From Felis catus (taxonomy: Eukaryota), in contig NC_058373.1 of the NCBI RefSeq assembly GCF_018350175.1, positions 108,564,001 through 108,628,000 of the forward strand: 64,000 nt of DNA. Direction: 5' to 3'. The notes beneath the pieces were generated by a model. The model had not been told where the DNA came from, searched no databases, and was given only the letters and a program-made list of their open reading frames with translations. The position numbers and the translations under genes are program-made. Positions 9,150 through 20,959 of this stretch are shown piece by piece (position 1 is the first letter of the stretch; every line of letters begins with the position of its first letter).

Positions 9150-11628
9150 ATTGAGGCATAAGTGACATATAGCATTGTTAGTTTCAGTTATACAACATAA
9201 TGATTTGATATTTGCCTAATGCAAATTATGCCTATATACTGCAAAATGCTCACTACAATAACACCTGATCACAGTTAACATCTGTCACCATACGTATTTA
9301 CAAAATGTTTTTCTTATGTTGAGGACTTCTAAGATCTACTCTCGTAGCAATCTTCAAACATACAATACAGTATTATTAAATATAGTCACCATGTGTACAT
9401 CACATCCCCGTGACTTATTTATTTTATAACTGGAAGTTTGTACCTTTTGACGCTGTTCACCTGTTCCTCCCATCTCTGGCAACTGCCAATCTGTTTTCTG
9501 GTATCTATGAGTTCATTTTTTTTTTCTTTTTTAGATTCCACAATGTAAGTGAGATCATATAGTACCTGTCTTTCTCTGTCTGACTTTCTTTAGTTAGCAT
9601 AATGCCCTCACGGTCCAATATTGTGGCAAATGGCAAAATTCCATTCTTTTCTTGGCTGAATAATAATCCATTGTGTATATATACCATATTTTATTTATAT
9701 GTATAATTCATCGATCAAGTTGGGTTTCTTCCATTTCTTGCCTGTGGTAGATAATGCCACAATGATCATGAGGGTACATATATGTTCTCAAATTAGTGTT
9801 TTTGTTTTCTTCTGTGACCTCTATTTGATTCTCTTATATTTTCTATCTCTTAATTGAAGTTCTCACATGCTCATACATTCTTCCAAGCTTGATGAACATA
9901 TTTATGACCATTACTTTGCACTCTTTTTCAGGTAAATTACTTATCTCTGTTTTATGAAGGTTTTTCTCTGAAGTTTTATCTTGTGTTTTTCATTTAGAAT
10001 ATATTCCTCTACTTCTTCACTTTGCTTCATTCTCTGTGTTGGTTTCTATGCATTAAAGCATTCACCTTTCTCAGTCTTGAAGGAATGGCCTCGTGTAAAA
10101 GAGGAAAGTTATTGTTCCACCCTTCCCTTGCTTTTGGTTGTCTCTCAAACTTCTGTGATTGTCCAAGCAGTCTATTTTATTTTTCACGGCTTCCACTAGT
10201 TGGGGGTGTGCCAAGACCTCTCAGTGTCCCAAAGAGGTCAATCTCAGTACCTAGATTCAGGCTGATTGGAATCTAGACTCTCAAGAAGCAGCTTTTTAAA
10301 ATATGCAAATATATGCAGTGAAATGTATGCAGCTCTGTTGGTTGGCAAGCTAAGTCCCTCTAGCCACTAGTTCTAGGTGATCTAGAGGTGTTCCCTGGGG
10401 GGCAGTTGGAAAACCAGGGCTCCAGATGAGCGTGTGAGTTTCCTCTGGGAGCTACCGGCACTCTGGAGTGTGGTAGAGGGAGAGGGTGAAGACAGCACCT
10501 ACCCACTGAGGTTCTGGAAAGTATGACAGTCAGCCCTTAGACGTGTGTTTAGTTAGGAGGCTGGCCCTCAGGCTGCAGCTATGTTGATAAGCAGATAGGC
10601 CTCTGGCACAGAATGAGCTCCTGGCTCTGTTGCCTCTGGCTGTGCCCTGGAGGCGGTGGCCGTTTAAGGATTCTTTCTCCGTTGGTTACAGTCCTGTGGG
10701 ACCCGCCAGCGTAAGCCCCACCCTGGCCACCACAGCCAGGTTCTGTAGAGGTGTCCTCTGGTGGCAGCCACAAAAGCTGGACACCAGACACGAAGCCCGG
10801 CCACCACACATGCGCACAAGTTCCCCCTCCAGGTGCGCCTGGTGCTGCGTCTCTGCGGCGGGAGTGCGCCAAGATGGCGCCCGCTGGCGGGAGTCCTGCG
10901 CAGGGTGAGTGTGGAGATGGTGCCTACCAGCAACGGGAGGGGGGGGGGGAGCCCACGGTTAAAAATAAAAAATAAAATAAATAAAAAAGATGGTGCCCAC
11001 CAGCTGAAGAAAGGCAGAGGGACAGCGAAGGAGGGTGCCTGCCAGTCTCGGTCCTCGTAGAGCCCCACCGTGGCCCCCGATGTGCCTCAGCCCCGTGGGC
11101 CGCCTCTCAGGCTGAGGCTCCAAGATGAATGAAGGAGCCTGGCCCCCACAAAGTCACGCCTCCGTGGGCTGCTGCCTGGGCCCTGGGGCAGGTGAGTCCC
11201 AGCGAGCCCCATAAGAGCCCTTTCTCAGATCCTTACATCCTGTGGGGCTTGTGGCGGAGCCCTTTCGTTTTCAAAAAGAGATATTGTGGGGTCATTTCTC
11301 AGGTGCAGGTCTTAAAAGTTGGGGGGTGCCCTATGTGGGTTCAAACCCTTAGTTCCTCAGGGAGAGGCCCTGGGTTTTGAGTTTCTTCCTGTGAAGTCAC
11401 TGCACTGGGCATGGGCTTTACGGCGAGATCGTGTCCCAGCTGCTCCTGCCTGCTAACAAGCGGACGGGCTTGTCTTTTGTTTGATGTGATACATGGAGTC
11501 ACTCAGCCAGTGTCCAGGGTTTATTTTTTTCAGGGGAAGATACTCCACATGTAGCTGCTGATTTTGTGTGTTTATGGGAGGAGGTGAGTTTAGGATGCTC
11601 TTAAGTCGCCACCTTGAACCACAACCCA
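9150..11628 (-). mobile_element. Internally deleted L1 (L1MA9/L1_Carn-like): 3' end joined at ~9812 to the ORF1 start and complete 5'UTR
   Basis: 9150-9812 matches the L1 3' ends at 23375 and 43130; 9815-10050 resembles the ORF1 start of the full-length L1 (~54900-55140); terminus gtcgccaccttgaacc at ~11605 is an L1 5' end. Confidence 0.75.
10650..11110 (+). promoter_or_regulatory. Small CpG island / candidate promoter within the L1 5'UTR (antisense to L1)
   Basis: About 26 CpG by hand count, 12 of them in 10790-10900; CAAGATGGCG YY1 motif at 10870-10879; TGCGCA/TGCGCC NRF1-like motifs; AGG/GTGAGT donor at 10905. Confidence 0.6.
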
Positions 11629-11653
11629 AAACCTACTTTTAAAAAACTTTCAC

Positions 11654-11877
11654 GGGGGCACCTGGGTGGCTCAGTCGGTTAAGCATCTGACTTCAGCTCA
11701 GGTCACGATCTCACAGTTTGCCAGATCGAGCCCCGCGTCGGGCTCTGTGCTGAGGGCTCAGATCCTGGAGCCTGCTTCTGATTCTGTGTCTCCCTGTCTC
11801 TCTGCCCCTACCCTGCTCATGCTCTCTTTCTCTCTCTCTCTCTCTCTCTCAAAACTAAATAAATATTAAAATTAAAA
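11654..11877 (+). mobile_element. Can-SINE
   Basis: Full body; TSD aaaaaactttca at 11641-11652 and 11878-11889. Confidence 0.95.
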
Positions 11878-12519
11878 AAAAAACTTTCAGCAATATGATT
11901 CTAACATCCTTCTGAATGAATAAAAACATGGGAATGGATAATAAAATTTCGAAAAGAGGGAGCATGGAGAAAATACTGAACTAGACATTGAATATTATTA
12001 TAAAGCCATAATAATTAAAAATAGTCTGCTACAGGTGCTGAGAGTTATGGCATCTAATATATAACTGTAAATAAGCAAATACATATTTGCTTATATATTA
12101 TTTATACACAACAAATATTTGTGTGTAAATATATAAAAGGTGCTTTACAAAGGAAGGGGCACTCAGATCATATTAAGGGCCTAGCACAATGTACAATAAA
12201 TGGGAGCTGAGGATAAAATGAAGCAAAACAGGGGTAGAGGCAATGACCAATATGTCACCACAGAGAAGGGCATGCGGTTTCAGGAAGCCCACCCTGGAAA
12301 GGTGAGTATAGAACCTGTATGTAATATTAGCACAGACTTGATAGGTCCACGGTTCCAAGTAGAACAGTTGGTCCACACTCAGGAGAGGAGGTGTCAGAAT
12401 TCAGGACTCTAGACCAGGGCTTGGGAATAATAAGTGATAGATCAGTCAGAGCAGAAACTGAGCCATGGAAGGATTGGTATTAGGGACTAGACCTTGTTTC
12501 TCATTGCTCTTTGACAGAT

Positions 12520-12815
12520 TCATCAGTATAGTTTCAAGAATCCCTAGTTTAAATCTCTGTTCTGCTATTTACTAGTGATAAAATGGGTTAAGTTACTCAA
12601 CCACTCTGAACTTTGATTTTCTTATGCATAAGGTGAGAATAATAGTACTTGCTCCACAGAACTGTGAGGATTAAAATTTTTTTTATAAAGTAAATAATGT
12701 ATTTTATTATATACGTGTGTGTGTGTGTGTGTGTGTGTGCGTGTGTGTGTGTGTATGTGTATAGTTCTTAGAAAATTCCTGGTAAATAGTTCCATATAAA
12801 TATTAGTTAATAATA
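12520..12815. mobile_element. MIR, containing (TG)n at ~12714-12760
   Basis: tctgctatttactagtg...aagttactcaaccactctgaactttgattttcttatgcataaggtgagaataatagtac MIR core. Confidence 0.8.
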
Positions 12816-12817
12816 TT

Positions 12818-12856
12818 CATTATCATCATCATTATCATCATCATCATCATCATTAT
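12818..12856. repeat. (CAT)n trinucleotide repeat
   Basis: cattatcatcatcattatcatcatcatcatcatcattat. Confidence 0.85.
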
Positions 12857-13149
12857 TAAGCCCCTTCTATGGGGCAGGATGGAAACAATGGAGATGTAGT
12901 CCTGAGGTTCTCACAGTCCAGTGTGGGAAGATGGAAAGATGGATACTTTCAATTCCATGTAAAAATACTGTAAAGTTAGCACTTTGTGTAAGCCCCAATG
13001 CCTGCCTGTTTTGGAGGTGACTTTTTATTTAAATTACATTTAATCAATTTCTCATTTATTCCTACAAATTAAAAGATAAATCAACAAAGAGATTGACATG
13101 AACATAGTTTGTTTTCCAGGGTCAAGATTATGGTATACCAGTTGTTTCC

Positions 13150-13810
13150 CATTCTTTTCGCTTGTCATTGTAGTGAAATGTGTTCTCCTGTTATTAGTCA
13201 CTTTTGGTAAGCATCCTTTCGTATAAAATATTTATTCAGTTAGAAATACAACAATTACACCTTTATTTTGTAAAATTTAAATTATTTTAACTTTTTGACT
13301 TTACAAATGGTGATGTCATCGGGGCGCCTGGGTGGCGCAGTCGGTTAAGCATCCAACTTCAGCCAGGTCACGATCTCGCGGTCCGTGAGTTCGAGCCCCA
13401 CATTGGGCTCTGGGCTGATGGCTCAGAGCCTGGAGCCTGTTTCCGATTCTGTCTTCCTCTCTCTCTGCCCCTCCCCCGTTCATGCTCTGTCTCTCTCTGT
13501 CCCAAAAATAAATAAACGTTGAAAAAAAAAATTAAAAACAACAACAACAACAACAACAACAAACAAATGGTGATGTCATCAATATGACACATAAAGCCAT
13601 TTTCAATTTTCTTATAATAAATTTCCAGGGGTGGAATTACTACATCTAATTACATTAATATTTCTAAGACTCTTGATATGTATTCTCAAATTATTTTTCA
13701 GAATGATTATATTGTACCATCTGAAAGTGCTTATATCACCTCAACATGGTTTCTAGATCTTTCTATGAAAGATGGCATAAAAAAATTACCATTATTAAAA
13801 GCATCATTGG
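13150..13810 (-). mobile_element. Old L1ME 3' fragment
   Basis: ccagttgtttcccattctttt, atttccaggggtggaattact motifs. Confidence 0.55.
13321..13563 (+). mobile_element. Young Can-SINE with (CAA)n tail
   Basis: Near-consensus with CpGs retained; perfect 18-bp TSD acaaatggtgatgtcatc at 13303-13320 and 13564-13581. Confidence 0.97.
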
Positions 13811-14427
13811 AATATGTACATATGTGCATAAGTGTTCATAAGTGTCTGTTTGTTACTGATTATGTAAAAGGAACTTGGCAGAGGGAGTCTGGTAGATGCA
13901 AGTTTTCTGTGTGACTTGATTTTGATTTCTTTTGTATCTTTTTTTTTTGTTTTCCTTCTTTACCATATAGACTTCTGATACTTTCTTTCTGTTAAGATGG
14001 GTTGTTCAGGGACTTTGAAACATTTTTTTTTCATCTGAAAGTGACCTATATACAAGGATCACTTCCTAAGAAACATATGAATGAAACAGCTGTAGGCAGT
14101 GTGTAACATGGGATAAATGATAGGCTGGGTTCTCTGCTCTGTTGGCCTTTAGGCCTATGTATGCTGTTCCCTCTTCTGGGATCATTCTCCCCTCCCCCAC
14201 TTAGTCTGGTGAACTCCTAGAAACTTCAGGGAAACCTTTTATGCTGACTGTCTCTATGGTGTGCTGAACTTCACCTCCCCATTTGGACATTTTCACACAA
14301 TTCAAATGGAAAATATTGGCACAAATTGTGTGGCACAAATGCTAAAATTGTAGCTGGTTTCCGGAGAAACCGATGGGGACTCAGACAACCTCTCAGGAGC
14401 CCGTTTTTCTGTGTGTATCCATGCCAG

Positions 14428-14474
14428 GCTTCCACTGTGCTGCCCCTGCTCTCCAATATTTTCCTTTTGTGGAG
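14428..14474 (+). other. Candidate 47-nt exon
   Basis: tttttctgtgtgtatccatgccag| ... GAG|gtaagc; unique sequence; splice signals only. Confidence 0.2.
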
Positions 14475-16049
14475 GTAAGCTGGGCCACATTCCACCTTAT
14501 ATTCTCTCTCACTTGGTCAGGAAGAGAGAGCTTCCTCCTCCCTGACAGCTCAAACCAACGTTTGGGAACTATATCATATTAGTTTTGATTTGTTTTCCTT
14601 TTTGATCATGATCCCAGTCTAGAACTTATCCCTAAATAGAGAGGAGCAAAGTGAGCTGATTGGCTTGGCATTAGGAATAGATGCCAGACAAAAATCAAGG
14701 GCTGTTCCAAAAGTAGTGTGCCTGGCAACCACGTATGATAACTCATATAGCTCTGCATTCTAAACATCAGTCTTCCCAGTAAACTGTAAGCACTGGTAGA
14801 GCGTATGACATTTTCAAATAAATTGTAAAAATTTATAAAGATCTTACAAAAGGCTTTTTCCCCCCCGACAAAAACTGGTAACTCAACTGGTAACTTGATC
14901 TATATTGTAGCCTGTAAATGCAGGCTTCCCTTCCTTGACAATGTTTGTATTCAGGAAGGCCATCTTCCTCCCCAGTGACTTTTATTTTCTTCTGGGCTCT
15001 GGGCATGAAAGTATCGAATCACCATCAGTCAGCATTTGACAGCCTCCTTCAACATTCTAGATACTGAAGACACTGCTCAGAGCTGTGAGTGAGCCTCCCA
15101 ACATGCAACATCCATATATAAAGCAAATGTTAGGATTCTGTAGAGCCTATATTGCGAGTATGAGAGGTTAAATAATTCCACAGCCAATAAAAAGATTCGT
15201 AATTTTTCTGATATAAAAGGGAATATACAATATCATTGAATATGATATTAAAAATTATAATGACTGCATTGAGGGGGCAAAGAAGCACCGATGATAGAAC
15301 GAAGAGAGACCAGAGTTTAGGCAAAATTTGTGTATTTCCCCCCCAGAATTTGGAGCCTGGTATGATCCAACCAATTCCTTTAGCTTTGTAGGCCGTGTTA
15401 TTGACCTCTTTGATGTTTTCCCTGCTGGCACGTAGGATGTTACCATAGTGCTGGGAGGGACCTGTGCTCCTTTTCCTGAGCCAGTTCCTTCCCAGTTAGA
15501 ATGGCTGTCCCTGCTACATGGAAGGATCATGTAGGAGTTGCTAAGCACTAAAAGTCATATCTGCACACTGACTGGCCAGTATGTCTGGCATAGAAGTATA
15601 GGGGAGAATAAAAATCTCCATTCCAGATACTCAGGATAAAATGGTGTACACATTTTCAGAAAGCTGTGGGGAGAAGAGATTTCCCTTGGACTTGGAAGGA
15701 GAATAGAGATCTTTGCAACTCAGAAAAGAGTAGGCAGGTGTGCCCTGCCTGTGTGTAGTTTGTGGGAGTCAGGACTGCAGTCATGGGGAGCCTCGTTATT
15801 GCCACACCCTGAAACAGCTGGATCTGAAGGGGTCACCCTGGCTGGGACCGTACTCAAATCTGCTGTAACCAGAGTGGGTCTCCCTGCATCTTGTTACTAC
15901 CTGGACCCAGAACTACTCTGGCAACTGTGTGTGTGTCTGTGTGTGTTTCCCCTGATGACAGAGATTGAATTCTTTTTCCTATAGTATCATTTTGGGTATA
16001 GATGAGAGCTTAGAGTTGCAGTGAACTTGTGTTCATAAACTCTTTGTCA

Positions 16050-16700
16050 GACCAGCACTTTTGTTTGTTAGAAAACAACAAAAACACCCCAGTGGTAACA
16101 TTGATGTTTATTATAGAAAATTATAGGTAAAGACAAAAAGCTAAAAAATAAAAATGACTTTGAATCCACCAGTCAGAGGTAATCATTCTCTGTAGATTGA
16201 TAGAGATTCATTCTCTCTCCATCCTCCTTCTCTGTCTCTGCCTTTCCTTCTCTCTTTCCCTCAATCCCAAGAGTAGGATGATTACAGACGTACAAATTTT
16301 TTTAACCTGAGTTTTACACATGCACATACACTTGAATATACACACATTATATTTTATGAAAGTGTTTTTAAGTCATTAAATATTTTTTCGTAATATTTTT
16401 AGTGAATGAAATATATTCTACAACTTATTTAACAACACCCCTGTTGCTGGACATTGTTATTATTTCCATTGTTTTGTTGTTACAAACAACACTCTGATAA
16501 GAAATGTATGAATCTTTGTGGACATTTATTACTTAATATTTAAGATTATTTCACAAACTTTAGAATTTATAGGCCAGTAATGTTCCTCATGATTTCTGGA
16601 AGTTTGTTGACCTCAGCTTCAGAATAAATTCCTTTGAGTAAATTACTAAAAGTGGGAATTGCCACTTCATAGGGGATCCAAATGATAAGGCTTTTCATGC
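16050..16700 (-). mobile_element. Old L1ME 3' fragment
   Basis: ttatttaacaacacccctgttgctggacatt, gagtaaattactaaaagtgggaattgc motifs. Confidence 0.6.
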
Positions 16701-17870
16701 TACTCCACAGGACCCCTGCCGCTTTTCTCCTTGCAGGATTGTGAATGGTAATTCTAGGATTCAGTGGTCAGGTTCTCTTGTGGGTAACAAACTGTAGCAA
16801 TGCTCTTCAACTCTAGATGGTGATGTTGCATTATGTTAAAAAAAAAAAGCCTGCTCTGCACATGCAAGGAATGGATAGACGGTTTTCACAATTGCATATG
16901 GATCTACTAAGACAAGAGAGATAACAGTGGGGAAGTGGATATATAACTTTTGTCTGTGACACATTATCTGGATTATTTATCCAAAGCCACGATGCCACGT
17001 GTTCTTTCTTGGCATTAGCTCTTTGTGACATGTCTCTGAGGAAAGGGGTAAATAATTTACAAGGATGAGGTTGCAGACCATGCAGCTTAAAAAAATGAAA
17101 ATATACTCCCATCCACTAAGTTGTTGTTTTAATGCTCACTCTAGCACACTTTCTCTCTATTTCTCAGGGCATCTTGGCTGTGGACCACCTCACTTTTCCT
17201 CCTTATGCCCAACTGTGACTCTCCAGTAGATTGTCTGTCTTTGGCTTCTTCTTCATTTACAGGCATAAAAATACTCCCTTTTCTGAGGAAAGGAATGGTG
17301 GTGTGCCCTGTGAGTCACTCACTCACTCCCCCCCCCCCCCCCCCCCCGTCCTGCAGAAACAGAACTTGAATTTTAATACAAGAGTTTCTGGATGGTTGGC
17401 CATCCATCTTCCAGGACAGCCTGAGGCCTCTTTACAGTCATTGAAGAAAATGCTTTGGATGGGAGAGATATGTAGGAACCTTGTCACTCTTTGGGATGAT
17501 CATGCTGTTCTTGGTCTAGTACTTGTTCTTATGCTAGTCCTTTTCACTTAGTAAACTCCTCTGCATCTTCCAAGAAATGGCTCTACTCAAATATCTCATC
17601 CTCTGTACAGCTTCTCTTGGTCCCTCTAGTAGCTACCCTTCTCTTGTTTCCAGAGATAGTAGCTACCTCCTTTGTGCACCCAAACACACACATTCATTTT
17701 TCTTTCAGAAGTGTTTATTGACTGCTAACTACATTTGAGGTTCATAACAAACAAGACACACATGGTTTGTTTTTCAGAGCTCAGTAGTAAATGAAATATC
17801 AATTATTAATAATACTTTGAAAAGTATCATAAAGGACAAGTACATTTCTCATAAAAATTACAAGTAAATT

Positions 17871-17981
17871 GGGGTGCCTGGGTTGCTCAGTCAGTTAAGC
17901 ATCTGACTCTTGATATCACAGTTTCATGAGTTCAAGCCCCACGTTGGGCTCTGAGCTGATGGCATGGAGCCTACTTGGGAT

Positions 17982-18013
<32 letters not shown>

Positions 18014-18070
18014 TCCCTCTCCCTCTGCCCCTCCCCTATTGTGCTTTCTCTCTCTCTCACTCTCTCAAAA

Positions 18071-18120
<50 letters not shown>
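17871..18120 (+). mobile_element. Can-SINE with (TAAA)n tail
   Basis: Head ggggtgcctgggttgctcag; TSD acaagtaaatt. Confidence 0.95.
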
Positions 18121-18121
<1 letters not shown>

Positions 18122-18831
18122 CAAGTAAATTCTTACAGAATTTAAAACAATCTACTTTGGGAAGCCAAGGAAGACTAGGAGTTAGTTTGGTGAAGGGAGA
18201 AGGCTGAGGGAGCCAGGCAGGGAGGAAGCAGTGCACAGGGCCCTGGAGGGAGGGATATAATACACACAACGAGCTGAGAGTGGGTCCAGGATGGCTTGTG
18301 CCCCGTGGAGAATGGCATGAGATCAGGCTGAAGAGGCTCTTCAGTGTCCTGTAGTCCATGTTATGTACTTTGCATCTAAGAACGTTTGGAAATCTATATG
18401 AAAGATTCAGAAAGTAATAAGTAATTGAATCAAACTTGATTTAGAGAAGATCACTGGCAGATATTTGGAGAATGGCTCAGTGTATGACTGCTGGGAGACT
18501 AGTTGGGAAGCTATACAGTCTTCCAGGTGAAAGGTTTTGGTGATGGTGAAGATGAAGGGGATGGCTTTGAGAGAGATGTAGGGGGTTGAAGAGCTAGGAG
18601 TTAGTAGCTAATTATTTGGGAAATGAGGGAGAGAAAGTATCAAGGATGGTGTCCCAGTGTCTGGTTTCAAGTAGGTGAGTTTATGAAAATGTGGATTACT
18701 GAAAGACAAGTGGATGTGGTTACAAGGTTATGAGGTCAGCTTTGAACAAGTGACATCTCTAATGTCTGGAAAATATCCAAGTAGTATTATCACATATATA
18801 GTTCTGGGATCCACAAGAGAGTCAGGTAGTT

Positions 18832-18999
18832 CAGTGATCTTCAAAGTATGATCCCTAGACAGCAACATCACCTGGGAACTTATTAGAAATTCTCCATTCT
18901 GGACCTATTGAATCAGAAACTCTGGGAGCGGGACACAGAAATTTGTTTTAACAAGCTCCCCAGGTGATTCTGATTCATGCTGAAGTTTGAGAACTACTA
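18832..18999. mobile_element. MER5A (hAT-Charlie MITE)
   Basis: cagtgatcttcaaagt...catcacctgggaacttattagaaat...gaatcagaaactctggg...ccccaggtgattctgat...aagtttgagaactact; inverted termini. Confidence 0.88.
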
Positions 19000-19389
19000 G
19001 GATATATCTCCAACATTTAGAAGTTTTGTAGAGGAGAATGAGTAAGCAAAGGATTCCCGAGGAATGATAAGAGTTGTAGCAAGAAAACTGAGGAAGTATG
19101 GAGTCACAGTAGCAAAATGAAGGAGAGGTTGGCTGTGTCGAATGTTCTCAGAAGCCAAAGTGAAGACTGAAATGAGTCCATTGGTTTAACAACATGAATC
19201 TTACTGATGATTGTAACTAGAATAATTATGAGGGAGTTGTAGGGCAAATAACCTGATGTATATGTGGGCTAAGGAACAAGTGGAAGATAACAAAAGTGGA
19301 AGTGGCACATTCCTCTTTGATAAACTTGCCTTAGAACAGGATATGAACAATGGGTGATAGTTGATGGGGAATGTGAGGTTGAGGTTTTT

Positions 19390-19625
19390 TTTTAATTGTT
19401 ATTTTTAGCACACGTATGGAAAAGTGCATAAATCATAAGTATATGGCTCAGCTCTGAAGTTGGTGACCAAACTCCATTGTTTTCAATCATTTCAATTTTT
19501 GAATTGGGATATAATTGACATGTAGCATTACATTTGTTTCAGGCGTACAACATAGATTCAATATTTGTATATATTGCAAAATGGCCAACACAGTAAGTGT
19601 AGAAACATTTATCATCATACCAAAC
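19390..19625 (-). mobile_element. Short L1 3' end fragments
   Basis: gaattgggatataattgacatgtagcattacatttgtttcaggcgtacaacatag, homologous to 9150-9290. Confidence 0.7.
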
Positions 19626-19789
19626 TCAGTTTTTTTTTATCATAAAAATGGAGAACAATGGGGAAATAAGAGCCTTTCCCTGGAGCACAGCTGAACTGTG
19701 TATACAACCACAGCAGCCCAAGCTTGCTCTCCACAGGAGGGTGTTCACCTGAGCCCTTTGCTGAGCGCTATCTGTCCTTCCTCTTGGGC

Positions 19790-20265
19790 ATCCTGTAAAA
19801 CTCAGGCAGCTCTGCGAGTTCAGCTCCAGGGATGGAGCTTAATTGGTATAAATTTATCACAGTGATACCATCCCTCTTGACAATGATTGGTTCAGTACTG
19901 AGGCCTTGGCCAATCAGAGCAACTTTTACTGGTCAAGGGTTGGACAAGCAAACTAAGTTGATCCAATCAGATGGAAGGAAAGGCTTTAACTCACGGTTCA
20001 GGCGCTTGCGCCTCACTCCCTTTCACTGGATGGAGCAGGAAGTGTGTTGCTCTTGTAGCTGCTTGTGGTCTTCTTTCCACTGTGGAGTAAACCAGCCTGA
20101 AGGCAAAGGAGGGCAGAGCAGGAGAACTGTAGAGAAATGGTGCTGAGCCCTGATTGTACTTTGCTCTCAGTCCTCCAAACCTGTGACTTTCCTGCTCTAG
20201 GAGGTAAGTGTGATTATAATTTTGGCCTGTTTGCTTCAGGTTTTCTGTTGTTTAGTGGTGAAGGT
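19790..20265. mobile_element. Old MaLR LTR (MLT1K/L-like)
   Basis: tgattggttcag...tggccaatcagagc, cctgtttgcttcaggttttctgtt terminus. Confidence 0.6.
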
Positions 20266-20269
20266 ATCC

Positions 20270-20400
20270 AGAAACAGGTAGGTATCATTGCGCTCTTGAA
20301 TACTGGATAAAGAAACTAAGACTCATAGAGGTGGAGTCGTTTGCTTTGGTCATACAGCTAGATATCTGAATCCAGATATGCTAGATATGGAAGCTCCTGT
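20270..20400. mobile_element. MIR fragment
   Basis: ggtaggtatcattg...gataaagaaactaagactcatagaggtggagtcgtttgctttggtcatacagctag. Confidence 0.75.
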
Positions 20401-20419
20401 GCAGTAGATTCTAGCTGGT

Positions 20420-20915
20420 CTGTATTTACCAGGGGCACAGCAGAAAACAGATTGCATCATCGAGTAATTAAGCAGAGTTTAATAGGGAGGCCCTTTACAA
20501 TGGTAAGAGAAGAATTAAATGAAACTAAAAAAAGGTTAAATGAAGCTCTCCAAGCCTCGCAGTAAACAAGTCATTTATATCCCTAGATTTAAAGGGGCAA
20601 GGACATAGTGAGGAGATGGGAGACAATTTGGGGAAACTGGGGAGAGCTGTAGCTCTGGACACAGGAGAGGAGTCACCCTCTGGAGTGGACTTCAGTAGAG
20701 GATTGCAGCTATGACCCAGACTTGGCAAGACAGTGAGGGAGCCTGGGTGATAAATACTCTGATTGCTTTCTTTTTCCACTCTTCAGTCTCCTGTTGGCTC
20801 CCTTGAGAAATCACTGGGCAAAGGCCTCGGGTGACACAGTCCATAGAGCAAGGAATAGAGCAGTAAACGGGAGGAGAACAGACTTGGATGAACAAATGGG
20901 AAGTATTCCGCACAA
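20420..20915. mobile_element. Old ERVL-class LTR
   Basis: tgtatttaccagggg..cagcagaaaacagattgca terminus typical of LTR33/41-like families. Confidence 0.5.
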
Positions 20916-20959
20916 GGCACCTCTTACTCCCCCCTCTCCCCAGTTTCTCAGATTCACCC

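Larger units (their letters stand above)
17700..19385 (-). mobile_element. L2 fragment interrupted by a SINE and MER5A
   Basis: tttattgactgctaact terminus; gagaagatcactggcag, atcaaggatggtgtcccagtgtctggttt, gaagactgaaatgagtccattggtttaacaacatg L2 motifs. Confidence 0.8.

Noticed and set aside
10748..10768. CTCF-like motif on the minus strand (CCACCAGAGGACAC)
   Set aside because: Mismatch in the conserved GGC core and located within repeat-derived GC-rich sequence; too weak to call.
10579..11068. Several overlapping 74-134 aa ORFs
   Set aside because: Expected from stop-codon scarcity in GC-rich L1 5'UTR sequence; only the ATG-to-donor segment is noted as a hypothesis.
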